A stretch of 53,191 nucleotides of DNA from an uncultured archaeon. Lineage in GTDB: Archaea; Thermoplasmatota; Penumbrarchaeia; JASLWR01. Shown one piece after another: positions 29,901 to 39,502 of the stretch (within the stretch, counting starts at the first letter, position 1; each line of letters opens with the position of its first letter). A model generated the notes under the pieces. It saw only the letters and a list, made by a program, of their open reading frames with translations. It ran no database searches and was not told where the DNA came from. The position numbers and the translations under genes are program-made. The DNA lies in the NCBI GenBank assembly GCA_964430885.1, contig CAYSHM010000022.1:1-53191 (forward strand), read 5' to 3'.

Positions 29901-30410
29901 CTTTATGGAGGTGTATTCTCCCACGTCCCAGCCTGGATCGGCAACTTCAGTCACCCACTGCACTCCGTCGTGATATGCGTATTTAAGGTTCCCCGTTGTC
30001 GCACCAGTGGGATCATAGTAACTGATATGCGGTCGATCCATCATATCCAGATCTATCGAGCAGTAGAGTCCTGCACCATTTTCCACAACATTCCTTACCC
30101 ATTGTTCACCATCGAAATAGGTGTACTTGAGATTTGTATTTGTGTGGTCGTAATATGCTATGTGTGGTCTGTTCTGAGAGTCAACGTCCAATGAACAGTA
30201 TTCACCTTGATCGCCTAGATTATCCACGGTCATATTGAACCAGCCGTCACCTGCTCTGGTGCGCATATCTGAGAAGGATATCCTTCCCTTTTGCCCTATG
30301 CTTTTTGATTCTAAGGTTATATTGAAGTCCATTCCGTAAATTAATGCCATAACGCTTCCTGAAATCAATAGAATTATCATTACAAAAGATAGATGTTTTC
30401 TGTTAATCAT
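26904..30410 (-). CDS. type I membrane surface protein: 7-repeat beta-propeller, Ig-like modules, three PKD domains, TM helix, acidic Pro-rich tail
   Basis: Signal sequence from MINRKHLS, PKD motifs (DASGSTDN..ITNYTWSF...PG.Y..TL.V.D), a TM helix followed by KKK, and a tail ending DDLPPPPM. Confidence 0.9.
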   Translation of the reverse strand: MINRKHLSFVMIILLISGSVMALIYGMDFNITLESKSIGQKGRISFSDMRTRAGDGWFNMTVDNLGDQGEYCSLDVDSQNRPHIAYYDHTNTNLKYTYFDGEQWVRNVVENGAGLYCSIDLDMMDRPHISYYDPTGATTGNLKYAYHDGVQWVTEVADPGWDVGEYTSIKINETGKPHISYHDGDNLTLKYVYYNGAAWVNTTIDSDAAVGFDTSLELNDSGYPAIAYFDNDNGDLKYAYWDGAAWHKEAVDSDDEVGWGASLELNSTEHPRISYFDETNGEIKYAFYNMTQWEMETVKILGEAGRTTSLSLDILDMPHITYQNGTSGDLEYAFNAGGGEWQFTIVDSGESEGKYNSLALGSDHLPQIAYYKQSGLNDLMYAAVDNTQPVINNDQSDDTATTGDLFWFRLNASDNFLLDTLMVNWTHGENGGNETLQFFNDLWSRGISAKHSLSPLNYTFYITDLAGHLVTSNQVSIPVTDNDEPTVGQDYTPKIFFAGDNVTFKINCRDNIQLNNVYVRYVHGGDQYNESMAIDSGNWTHSYNVGNILGDISYSFYISDTSGNHITTSIDHVVQSDMDAPIFVEEASVNEPQTGQEFQLIVKITDDSNITSVKANYTFFGNNHTSADMVFLADDLWGVLIDVPINTTQLLYHIWAQDALGNILDTSISNGNFQIDVLDIVRPSAIVINSTGPVEKVLNFTVTQAIWLDASGSTDNLGITNYTWSFYYDGGMVKIYGPIFNFTFNIPGIYGLTLNVTDAEDNLDGFFINLNITSPVAEMPTAEAGADITLNQGDTSFMDASGAAIDEDFSYKWTFMYNDLEMSLIGTEVNFTFDIPGIYLVTLNISDGTGRFITDNLTITVLDTAAPEANAGTNFTVEQYKNATFDGFFSSDNVGIVNYTWSFNYGNTTITLFGVTAKYIFSTPGNYTVTLIVKDGAGLTSQDDVLVTVIEAQIGEDDDDDTPGDTGKDDEGGLSTGLLIVIIIVVVLVIVVIVFILMKKKGGDKGEESLKESDELIGESRGTSDGKNPPEEDEQTTGIEDEISGQEEEQYPAHEDSQLYDGDVQNSDIERNKSGTAPLDQEIPSDMTAPLESIPQGPAAPEAPPGMAEEQPMGEPPIPMSDPAMMPPGEIPPDSPPAEVPMSPEPMAPGAPEIPVPLDEDDLPPPPM
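29265..30224 (-). repeat. seven ~47-aa repeats, probable beta-propeller blades
   Basis: Consensus G.Y.SL.LD....PHISYYD....LKYA...G..W....V. Confidence 0.85.
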
Positions 30411-30664
30411 ACAATCCCTCCGAGAGATGAATTGGTCAATTCGTTTTGCACTATTTAATAATTCCGACAATGTTACCAATTGTCCAATACCTTATGGTAA
30501 GGGGAAATTATCGAAAAATTCAATATCCTTTGAAGTATTTGATGATTAATAATTTTCATGAGATGCAGTTCATTTTTTATTAACGAACGATATTGTTTTA
30601 TACTGGTAATCCATTTTGATTGACAAATCCATACATAATTACAATCTTAATGGATGGTGCTTTC

Positions 30665-31474
30665 ATGCCGATAATAAACATTTTTTCCAGAACCCATGTG
30701 GGAATGCACAGGGAGAACAATGAGGATTCCACAGCTACACTATCTATCAAGACCTCCGATGAGAGGGGCGAGATAAAATATCATGTTCTCATATTGGCTG
30801 ATGGCATGGGGGGTTACGAAAGAGGTGAGGCCGCCAGCCAATTGGCATGCCGAGAACTAGGAATGTTCGCAGTATCAGAGGTGTCGGATATTCTATTATC
30901 CCATAAGGATGATAAAACCAGATTTGAAAATTTCAGGGATAGATGTACCTGTATTGCATCAAAGATAAATACTGAGATCAGAGGGATGGTCTCAAACGAT
31001 GAATCCCGAATTGGTTCCACCTTTGTTATGGCAGTGATCTACAATGATATTTTCAATTTGGCCTATATGGGTGACAGTCGCGCCTACCTTATACAGAATG
31101 GTGGAATTGAGCAGATAACCAGAGACCATTCCTATGTGGAAGCCCTGCTTGAGAACAAGGCCATAACCCCAGAGGAGGCCCTGGATCATCCTATGAAGAA
31201 CGTCATAACCAAAGGATTGGGAATAAATGAAAAGGCCGAACCAGATTTTATCCACGGTAAATTCTCTACTGATTCAGCCCTTATCCTATGCAGTGACGGA
31301 GTAACGGATATGCTCATTGATGGGGAGATCAAGGAAATAGCCCATGAATCCAAACCCTTTGAGATGTGTGATAGAATAGTGGAAGCATCCAATGCCAAAG
31401 GAGGCAAGGATAACATATCCATAGTTATGGCCCGATTGATCTTTTCAAAGGTTAAAAAGAACAAACACCGTTAA
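30665..31474 (+). CDS. PP2C/PPM-family Ser/Thr protein phosphatase
   Basis: VG.HRENNEDS, LADGMGG, GDSRAY, TRDHS, LCSDG and GGKDNI. Confidence 0.95.
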   Translation: MPIINIFSRTHVGMHRENNEDSTATLSIKTSDERGEIKYHVLILADGMGGYERGEAASQLACRELGMFAVSEVSDILLSHKDDKTRFENFRDRCTCIASKINTEIRGMVSNDESRIGSTFVMAVIYNDIFNLAYMGDSRAYLIQNGGIEQITRDHSYVEALLENKAITPEEALDHPMKNVITKGLGINEKAEPDFIHGKFSTDSALILCSDGVTDMLIDGEIKEIAHESKPFEMCDRIVEASNAKGGKDNISIVMARLIFSKVKKNKHR

Positions 31475-31619
31475 ATTTATCAGGTTTTATTAATAATTTC
31501 AAATAAATCATAGCAAGATATAATGAAATGAACATTTAATTATGAAATATTGATTATTATTGGATTTCAGCGTCATCTCATTTAGATTTATAATTTCTAG
31601 TTAAATAAGGATTGGTACA

Positions 31620-32738
31620 ATGCCCAGGTTCAAAGCAAAGCTGGTTTTTGAAAGGGATGAGGAAGTTCCGAAACAGATCGAGATAGATGATTTCATATTG
31701 ATCAAGCGAACCGCTCAGGGTGTGGTTTGCCAGGACGAATGCGACGAATATCCTCTGGGAGTTTTTGATCTTTCAGTAAGCGGAGGGCCGGGCCACGTTA
31801 AGATATTCTGGGAGGGAGATGGTCTCTATTTACAGGATCTCGGGAGCAGGAACGGGACCTTCATCATACGGGGAGGGGTCACAAAACCATTGAAAGGTTG
31901 GATTAGAGACCCTGGAACAGGGAATGGAACTACCAGCCAAAAAGTCAGAGTAAAGAAGACAACTCGGATAAAGGTAGGTCGTTCTCTTTTCTCCTTGGAA
32001 ATTGAACCTATCCAGACAGTTATAGAACACAAGGGCAGCGGGGATATTCGTGTTACAGAAGTTGCAGGTGATTATCAGAATATTGAGATCCGCGACAGTA
32101 TCATACAGCGGTCCAACATAGGGACTGTGAGCCATGGTATTGATGAAAAAGAGTTCAGAAAAGCTGTTAAATGGCTAGATCAGCGTTCTGAGGACCGGGC
32201 AGCCCTCCTGTCGAAAGCACAGGAGGAAATGGCAGGAATGACCGCCGAGCTTTATAACCGCGTGGTTAGTGGTTTGGGGGCTCTTCTTAAGGAGTTCCCG
32301 CTTCCAGCCAGCATGGAGAAGAAAAGGGCAGAGATGCACCTTACTTACAACTGTACTGAATGTAGGACGGAAATTGGTAAAATAATTGATCGGAAATGGA
32401 AGAAATGGCTGATGTTGGGAGTAACAGGGGGTCTTGTGGGTTTGGGTATTGCAACTGTGAGTGTTACCAGTATTACAAAAGCACCAGGGTCGGATATTGG
32501 CCTTAAAGCCATGGGACGCTTGTTCCAGGATTTCACAGGTAAAACATTGGATCAGATTCCCTCTGAAAAATTCTTGCTAACTGATAATGAAAGGAATAAT
32601 CTTGTCATGGAACTAAGAAATGCAGGTATCATTGATAAGTTGAATTACTGCCCGGTTTGTGCAAGATGGGTTTGTAGCGATTGTTTTGAATATCAGGAGA
32701 GGATGTGTATATTGGATAGCCAGAAGAAAGGATGGTGA
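31620..32738 (+). CDS. FHA-domain protein with coiled coil, hydrophobic helix and Cys-rich Zn-binding C-terminus
   Basis: FHA motifs VS....H and LQDLGSRNGTF, then CTEC, a hydrophobic segment and CPVCARWVCSDC...C. Confidence 0.8.
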   Translation: MPRFKAKLVFERDEEVPKQIEIDDFILIKRTAQGVVCQDECDEYPLGVFDLSVSGGPGHVKIFWEGDGLYLQDLGSRNGTFIIRGGVTKPLKGWIRDPGTGNGTTSQKVRVKKTTRIKVGRSLFSLEIEPIQTVIEHKGSGDIRVTEVAGDYQNIEIRDSIIQRSNIGTVSHGIDEKEFRKAVKWLDQRSEDRAALLSKAQEEMAGMTAELYNRVVSGLGALLKEFPLPASMEKKRAEMHLTYNCTECRTEIGKIIDRKWKKWLMLGVTGGLVGLGIATVSVTSITKAPGSDIGLKAMGRLFQDFTGKTLDQIPSEKFLLTDNERNNLVMELRNAGIIDKLNYCPVCARWVCSDCFEYQERMCILDSQKKGW

Positions 32739-32868
32739 TATGCTGCCAAATCTGCTCCGCCCTTCAAATGGCTTTTTTGGGTGATAAGCGAAAAATAACC
32801 AAATAACTATTGTAATAAGTAATCAATACCTGCTCTGAATTATTTATTGTAGCAAGGAGGAATATTCT

Positions 32869-33441
32869 ATGGAATTGAAAGGTAGCAGAACCGAAGAAAA
32901 CCTATTGAAAGCTTTTGCAGGAGAATCCCAGGCAAGGAACAGATATACATATTTCGCTTCCAAGGCCAGCAAGGAAGGTTATGTACAGATCTCCAAAATA
33001 TTTCTGGAGACCGCGGATCAGGAGAAGGAACATGCCAAGCGTCTGTTCAAATTTCTGAAAGGCGGGGAGCTGGAAATCACTGCATCATTCCCCGCTGGGA
33101 AGATAGGGACGACAATAGAAAATCTCATGGAATCCGCTGGTGGTGAGAACTATGAGTGGACTGAGATGTATCCTGATTTCGCAAAGGTGGCAAGAGAAGA
33201 GGGTTTCATGGATATTGCAGATGTGTTTGAATCAATAGGTGTGGCCGAAAAGCAGCATGAAAAACGATACTTGGGAGTTTTGGAAAATATAAAGAACGAT
33301 ACGGTTTTCAAGAAGGATAAGAAGGTGGTATGGCGCTGTTTGAACTGCGGATATGTTCACGAGGGCGAGGAAGCACCGGAACTTTGTCCGGCTTGTGCCC
33401 ATGCACAGAAGTATTTTGAACTCCTGGCAGAAAATTGGTGA
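32869..33441 (+). CDS. rbr: rubrerythrin
   Basis: NLLKAFAGESQARNRY, EKEHA, EKQHE, WRCLNCGY and CPAC. SD AGGAGG. Confidence 0.97.
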   Translation: MELKGSRTEENLLKAFAGESQARNRYTYFASKASKEGYVQISKIFLETADQEKEHAKRLFKFLKGGELEITASFPAGKIGTTIENLMESAGGENYEWTEMYPDFAKVAREEGFMDIADVFESIGVAEKQHEKRYLGVLENIKNDTVFKKDKKVVWRCLNCGYVHEGEEAPELCPACAHAQKYFELLAENW

Positions 33442-33466
33442 TGAAATAGTAGTTCAAAATCATATG

Positions 33467-33503
33467 GGGCTGTGTTAAATACAGCCCTTTTATACTTTTT
33501 TTT
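33467..33503 (+). terminator. hairpin plus T-tracts downstream of rbr
   Basis: GGGCTGT-gttaaat-ACAGCCC followed by TTTT and T8, between convergent genes. Confidence 0.65.
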
Positions 33504-33509
33504 AAGAAA

Positions 33510-36470
33510 TCACCTGAACTCACCAAGATATACTTTCTCCCATCGAGCTGAACTGTTGCTCTCCAGAGCATTTACTCCAAATTTGTTCATAACCCAGTTC
33601 TGAGCGAATAAAAATGCTTCCCTAACTGAAACATGATCATTTCCTTCAATATCCGAGAAGCCGTATTTTTTATCCGCTATATCAAATTTTATTAGGTCCA
33701 ATCCCTGTGAATCAGTAAAATTATAATGAAATCTTCCATTTGAGAGCTGTTGGCTGTTCACAGCTGTGTATGTCACTCTTGGGCAGGGATTATCCCCGTC
33801 GTCCAGATGAGGTATTGCGCTCCCAGAATGGCATGCATCTATCGAAATGATCAGGTCCGAACAGTTTATCTCATCAAGCCAGCTGTCAAGAGTTGAATAA
33901 TGAATATTTTTATCCCTGCACAGCATGATGTTGTTTCCACCATGAGTTCCAATACTGATATAAACTGTATCATTTATATCGGCGATTTCAGCAATCTCCA
34001 TTATGGAGTTCTCAAGGGCGTTTGAGGTGGCGTCGTGAAACTCGTACTTCCATATTGTTGATTCATTATAGGAATAATTTTTAGTCAGAAGACGATTCAT
34101 TTTTTGGGAATCCAACCATTCTGGATCATTGGGATTTCCCCAATTGAATAGAAGGGCGTACCGATTGTTCTCGACCAATGGATCTGAATTGGACGTTTTT
34201 ACTTCAAAACCATCAGTAAGATTGTCATTGTCAGAATCGGGATTCCAGGGATCGGTATTATTGATGAATTCATGAATATTTGAAAGTCCGTCATTATCGG
34301 GGTCCTCTAAGCTATCATCTATAAGGGGATCTAGATCATTATTTATTTCCCAATCATCAGTTAGCAGATCTCCATCAGTATCGCGGGTCTGTGGATTCAA
34401 ATCAAGAATATATTCCTCAATGTTTGTCAGGTTATCGCCATCCGAATCCATAGTTGCGTCACTGCTATCGGTTGGATCTAAATTTCTCCATATTTCCCAA
34501 CCGTCGGGAATTCCATCGAGATCCGTATCGTTATTGTTAGGATCTGTGTTATAAATAAACTCAAGTTCATTGCTGAACCTGCAGTATTTAGTGGTTCGGT
34601 TCCCTCTATCTGAGAAAACAATAAGGTTATACCCGTCCCCGTCGTTATCTTCATCAGGGTCATGTACACCGTTCCCGTTAGAATCCATCAAAATGGGGTT
34701 CAAATTCCAGCTTCCGTTAATCATTATTCTGTTCTCAAGTTCCCATCCATCATCCAATCTATCCCTATCAGTATCTGTTATCAATGGATCAGTACCGTTT
34801 TCGAACTCCTGAATATTATTGAGACGGTCGTTGTCATTATCAATAAATGAATCGTTTTCAAGAAGATTCAAATTAAATTTATACTCCCAGCCGTCAGGCA
34901 TCAAATCGCCGTCTGTATCACTGCTCAGGGGATTTGATGTCAATTCAAATTCCATCAGATTGGTCAAAGAATCATTATCCGGATCATTTCCGCCATTAGG
35001 GTAATTGGGATCTAGGGAGTAATCGAATTCCCATCCATCAGGTAGACCATCTCGGTCGGAGTCCTGGTGAAAAGGAGATGTATTGAAGGCAAACTCAACT
35101 ATATTCATCAAACCGTCGACATCAGGATCCTCCATGCTGTCATTTCTCAAAGGATCAGTTCCGATATTTACCTCCCATGAATCAGGAATAAGATCACAAT
35201 CCGTGTCAGGAGAGTTGGGGTCCGTTCCTAAAAGGTGTTCCTGTATATTGGCTATACCGTCCCCATCAACATCATAATAGGAATCATAAGGTTCATTGGG
35301 GTTCAATCCATTGATTATTTCCCATTTGTCATCCAATCCGTCAAAATCGGAATCCTCGAATCGGGGGTCAGTTGAATTAATACATTCTTCCAAGTTGTCC
35401 AGGCCGTCAAGGTCTAGATCCAAATGAGAATCCTCTGAATAAGGATCCAACCCAAACATGATCTCCCATCCATCAGACATCCCGTCGCCATCAGAATCCT
35501 CACGGTTAGGATCAAGGTTCAAGATGAACTCCTTCAGGTTATTTAATCCGTCGAGATCGCTATCTAATTCTGAGTTGTGCACCATGGCTCCAATATTAAA
35601 ATAAACCTCCCATCCATCAGATATTTTATCATCATCTGAATCATAATCATGCGGGTCAGTACCTAAATAGATCTCCTGCAGATTTGTGAAGGGTATATAT
35701 TGGTAATTTCTTCCGGCGGATATCAATATCATCCCATCCTGATCAAAATCCTCTTCCCCATCATAAACTCCGTCTCCATCGGTATCATTTTTGGTGGGGT
35801 CCAGATCCCAAAGAGATCCTGATAATGCCCTGAAATCTATCTCCTGCTGATCGGTGATCCCATCTCCATCAGTATCGGGATCAAAGGGATTACAATCGAA
35901 GTATAGCTCACGTCTATTTACCATCCCATCGGCATCGTTATCATCCCATGAGTCATTCATCAAGGGATCCAGCCCCTTGGAAACTTCCCATAGGTCCGGC
36001 AATCGGTCCCTATCCGAATCCCTGGTATTTGGGTTAGTTCCCTCTATGAATTCCTGAACATTGCACAAACCGTCATTGTCTAGGTCTGAAATATTGTCCG
36101 AAGGGTCGCAGGGGTGAAGACTATTGTTTACCTCCCATTGGTCGGGCATTCCGTCCAGATCGGTATCTGAAAGATTGGGATCAGTTCCAAGGGAATATTC
36201 CAGAGCATTGCTCAATGTATCGTTGTCATTGTCCATGGTGGCATCATTTGAATTGTTGGAGTCAAGTCCATTTTCATTTTCCCACAAGTCCGGCAATCCG
36301 TCCTTGTCCCTATCATCGGTGAGAACAATAATAATTACATCTTCATCCCTGGTTTCCACATTTGATCTGTGGGTCTTTCTGTTGATCCCTGTGGCTATTA
36401 AAGAGAATATTATGATAAATAATAATATGAAAATAGTAATACGGCGGCAGGTATTTTTCCCTATTTTCAT
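33510..36470 (-). CDS. membrane-anchored/secreted protein with TSP3-like Ca2+-binding repeats and a C-terminal clan-CD (caspase/legumain-like) cysteine peptidase domain
   Basis: N-terminal hydrophobic helix and DxDxDGxxDxWE repeats. The C-terminus has [14 protein letters not shown] and [10 protein letters not shown] (His-Gly / Ala-Cys dyad motifs). Confidence 0.85.
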   Translation of the reverse strand: MKIGKNTCRRITIFILLFIIIFSLIATGINRKTHRSNVETRDEDVIIIVLTDDRDKDGLPDLWENENGLDSNNSNDATMDNDNDTLSNALEYSLGTDPNLSDTDLDGMPDQWEVNNSLHPCDPSDNISDLDNDGLCNVQEFIEGTNPNTRDSDRDRLPDLWEVSKGLDPLMNDSWDDNDADGMVNRRELYFDCNPFDPDTDGDGITDQQEIDFRALSGSLWDLDPTKNDTDGDGVYDGEEDFDQDGMILISAGRNYQYIPFTNLQEIYLGTDPHDYDSDDDKISDGWEVYFNIGAMVHNSELDSDLDGLNNLKEFILNLDPNREDSDGDGMSDGWEIMFGLDPYSEDSHLDLDLDGLDNLEECINSTDPRFEDSDFDGLDDKWEIINGLNPNEPYDSYYDVDGDGIANIQEHLLGTDPNSPDTDCDLIPDSWEVNIGTDPLRNDSMEDPDVDGLMNIVEFAFNTSPFHQDSDRDGLPDGWEFDYSLDPNYPNGGNDPDNDSLTNLMEFELTSNPLSSDTDGDLMPDGWEYKFNLNLLENDSFIDNDNDRLNNIQEFENGTDPLITDTDRDRLDDGWELENRIMINGSWNLNPILMDSNGNGVHDPDEDNDGDGYNLIVFSDRGNRTTKYCRFSNELEFIYNTDPNNNDTDLDGIPDGWEIWRNLDPTDSSDATMDSDGDNLTNIEEYILDLNPQTRDTDGDLLTDDWEINNDLDPLIDDSLEDPDNDGLSNIHEFINNTDPWNPDSDNDNLTDGFEVKTSNSDPLVENNRYALLFNWGNPNDPEWLDSQKMNRLLTKNYSYNESTIWKYEFHDATSNALENSIMEIAEIADINDTVYISIGTHGGNNIMLCRDKNIHYSTLDSWLDEINCSDLIISIDACHSGSAIPHLDDGDNPCPRVTYTAVNSQQLSNGRFHYNFTDSQGLDLIKFDIADKKYGFSDIEGNDHVSVREAFLFAQNWVMNKFGVNALESNSSARWEKVYLGEFR
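34165..36314 (-). repeat. 13 full plus one partial ~48-49-aa acidic repeats
   Basis: Unit D.D.DG..D.WE...GL.P...D...D.D.DGL.N..E....T.P counted in the translation. Confidence 0.9.
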
Positions 36471-36634
36471 AGATTTCCCTCTCTAACATAGATACAATAT
36501 CAGAATCCCATCTAGATTTTTTCAATAGAATTACTCTAAATGATTCATTAAAAGATTTTGTATTATTCTCCTTATTTAAATAAAGAGATGAGAAGGAATA
36601 TGGTATTTGTTTTACATAATGTTTTGAATAATTT

Positions 36635-36662
36635 AAAAAAAGGGAGGATAAATATTCCTCCC
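36635..36662 (-). terminator. hairpin plus T7 terminator of acs
   Basis: GGGAGGA-taaatat-TCCTCCC preceded by A7 on the + strand (T7 after the stem on the - strand), about 50 nt past the acs stop. Confidence 0.7.
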
Positions 36663-36710
36663 CGAATTTATTTTGCAGATATTTTACGCAGTATATCACC
36701 TATTAGGAGT

Positions 36711-38672
36711 TCACACCTTCTTAGCGCCATCAATAAGTTTCTCAACTACTGACGGATCCGCTAATGTGCTCGTGTCACCTAGATCATCGGTTTCGCTTTT
36801 AGCGATCTTCCTCAAAATACGCCGCATGATCTTTCCGGATCTTGTCTTAGGCATGTCCTCCACGAACTGAATCTTGTCTGGTTTTGCTATGGGTCCTATT
36901 TGCACCTGGACCACCTTTCGGATCTCATCCGCGAGGTCGTCGGTTACCTCTTCGCCCTTAATTAGGCTTACATAGGCATAGATCCCTTCACCCTTGATTT
37001 CGTGAGGGAAACCGGCAACAGCGGCCTCTGCTACCTTGGGGTGGTGTCCAATTGCACCTTCCACTTCAGCACTACCTATTCTGTGACCGGAAACGTTAAG
37101 AACATCATCGATTCTTCCAGTGATCCAGTAGTAACCGTCTTCGTCCCTATGGACGCCATCTCCGGCGAAATAATACCCGGGATAATCAGTGAAATAGGTT
37201 TTCTTGAATCGCTCGGGGTCTCCATATATGGTTCTGAGCATTCCAGGCCATCCCTCTTTGATCGTTAGGTTGCCTGAGATACCATTTCCTTCCATTTCTT
37301 CTTTGTTCTCATCCATAATGGCTGGTTGGATCCCGAAGAACGGGAAAGTTGCGGAGCCCGGCTTAAGTGTTGTTACACCCGGTAGCGGTGTGATCATGAT
37401 CCCGCCGGTTTCGGTCTGCCACCATGTGTCGACGATGGGGCATTTCTTGTTACCTATGATTCTATAGTACCATTTCCATTCTGGTTCCTTGATGGGTTCA
37501 CCCACGGTTCCAAGAAGGTCTAGTGAACTGAGGTCATATTTGGTTGGCCATTCGTCTCCCTGCTTCATAAGTGCTCTGATCGCGGTCGGCGCCGTGTAGA
37601 ATATATTGACTTTATGGTCCTGGACTATCTTCCAGAATCTCCCGTAGTCAGGATAATTGGGTACACCTTCGTACATCATTGTGGTTGCTCTGTTTGCAAG
37701 AGGCCCGTAGATGATATAGGAATGTCCGGTGATCCATCCTATGTCTGCTGTGCACCAGTATATGTCACCGGGATGATAATCAAATACGTATTTATGGGTG
37801 ATGGCAGTATAAACCATATAGCCGCCGGTGGTGTGAAGTACTCCCTTAGGTTTTCCGGTTGATCCGGATGTGTAAAGGATGAAAAGAGGATCTTCAGCGT
37901 CCATTTCTACTGGGTCACATTGATCTGATGACTTATCCATCTCCTCGTGCCACCAGCAGTCCTTATCACCGAATTCCACATTTAGTCCGGTTCTCTGGAC
38001 AACGACAACGGTCTCAATGGAGGGTGCTCCGCTGACAGCCTTGTCTGCATTGGGTTTCATGGGTATTTTCTTTCCTCCTCTCATAGCGCCATCCTGGGTG
38101 ATCAGCATTTTGCACTCAGAATCGTTTATTCGGTCCTTGAGGGCATCTGCGGAAAAACCGCCGAAAACGATAGAATGGATAATTCCGAGTCTGGCACAAG
38201 CAAGCATTGCTATGGACAGTTCCGGTACCATTTGCAGATAGAATGCAACCTTGTCTCCCTTTTTCAGTCCCTTTGCTTTCAGGACATTGGCGAATTTGTT
38301 CACTTCGACAAGCAGTTGTTTGAAAGTGTATTTCTTTACCTCTCCGGGAGAGTTTCCTTCCCAGATGATGGCTATTTCATCGCCGTGTCCGTTCTCAATG
38401 TGTCGATCTACACAGTTATAACAGGCGTTCAGTTTTCCGCCCAAGAACCACTGAATATCCTGGGTCTTTAGGTCTACCTTTTTAACTGAGTCCCATTTCT
38501 TGTACCAAGTGATGAATTCATCTGCCATCTCGGCCCAGAATCCTTCCGGGTCAGTTATGGAACGCTGATATATCTCCTTATACTCATCCATGCTTTTAAT
38601 ATAAGCTTTGGAAACAAATTCTTTCGGGGGTGCTACAGGTCCAAATTTTGCCTCTGCATCATTTTGTGTCAT
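36711..38672 (-). CDS. acs: acetyl-CoA synthetase (AMP-forming)
   Basis: YTSGSTGKPKG, TADIGWITGHSY, DTWWQTETG and PKTRSGKIMRR. Confidence 0.97.
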   Translation of the reverse strand: MTQNDAEAKFGPVAPPKEFVSKAYIKSMDEYKEIYQRSITDPEGFWAEMADEFITWYKKWDSVKKVDLKTQDIQWFLGGKLNACYNCVDRHIENGHGDEIAIIWEGNSPGEVKKYTFKQLLVEVNKFANVLKAKGLKKGDKVAFYLQMVPELSIAMLACARLGIIHSIVFGGFSADALKDRINDSECKMLITQDGAMRGGKKIPMKPNADKAVSGAPSIETVVVVQRTGLNVEFGDKDCWWHEEMDKSSDQCDPVEMDAEDPLFILYTSGSTGKPKGVLHTTGGYMVYTAITHKYVFDYHPGDIYWCTADIGWITGHSYIIYGPLANRATTMMYEGVPNYPDYGRFWKIVQDHKVNIFYTAPTAIRALMKQGDEWPTKYDLSSLDLLGTVGEPIKEPEWKWYYRIIGNKKCPIVDTWWQTETGGIMITPLPGVTTLKPGSATFPFFGIQPAIMDENKEEMEGNGISGNLTIKEGWPGMLRTIYGDPERFKKTYFTDYPGYYFAGDGVHRDEDGYYWITGRIDDVLNVSGHRIGSAEVEGAIGHHPKVAEAAVAGFPHEIKGEGIYAYVSLIKGEEVTDDLADEIRKVVQVQIGPIAKPDKIQFVEDMPKTRSGKIMRRILRKIAKSETDDLGDTSTLADPSVVEKLIDGAKKV

Positions 38673-38830
38673 TTTTTTCCTCCTTGTGGTATGGTCATAT
38701 TTTGTTCAAATCAATATGATCTAATTGATGAAAATAAGTGTGAGGGGAATACAAATGAAGTTATTTATAATTTATTGTTAAACCCGATTTAAATCATTTC
38801 ATATGAGAAATCGGCATTATTAAAAGAAGA

Positions 38831-39487
38831 TTATTCACGGCCATATTTTTCTCTAGTGATGGACTTGAGAGTTTTCATACATTCAGATGAATTTTTCTGA
38901 TTCAGCTCAAGTATTGTCCAATCATAAGGGAATTCGATGACCATGCTTTCCATTAAAAATCCTCTTACTGCTACTATCAGAATTCCAGAAAAACGATCTG
39001 TCAGGTTTTTTAATAGGTTCATAATTCCAACAATACCCTTTCCATTAAATTCCAAGGGACCTATGTCATCAATGATCAATATGTCAATATCAAGTAAATT
39101 ACTAGTAATATCAAGATACCAGTCATTTGCCGATTCGAAACCCCCTTTAATAAAATAATATTTGCATCCATTGGATCCAGGTCTTTCTATTGAAGCGGGA
39201 TTCATTTTCAATTCAAAAAGATCATCCTGGCTGTAATTTGTTTTGTTTTCTTCAACCAGTAGCTTGTTGACGGCAATGTCTGCTCTTATTTTGTCTGATA
39301 ATCTGATGATAGAATAACCTCTGTTTTTTCTGCCATCCGGGATTCTCAGGGATAATGTACCGTCCAATTTCAATCCTGAACACTGTTTATTTATCCATTC
39401 GGTATATGTTCTTAAAAGTGATGTTTTTCCAATTCCTATATCACCGGAGATTAAGAGTGATACCATTGAAGAAGGTGCGTTGTTCAT
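38831..39487 (-). CDS. P-loop NTPase (NTPase_1/DUF2478-like)
   Basis: Walker A GDIGIGKT and Walker B-like LIIDDIGPLE..G.G. Confidence 0.8.
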   Translation of the reverse strand: MNNAPSSMVSLLISGDIGIGKTSLLRTYTEWINKQCSGLKLDGTLSLRIPDGRKNRGYSIIRLSDKIRADIAVNKLLVEENKTNYSQDDLFELKMNPASIERPGSNGCKYYFIKGGFESANDWYLDITSNLLDIDILIIDDIGPLEFNGKGIVGIMNLLKNLTDRFSGILIVAVRGFLMESMVIEFPYDWTILELNQKNSSECMKTLKSITREKYGRE

Positions 39488-39502
39488 ATCTATTCCTTTT
39501 AA

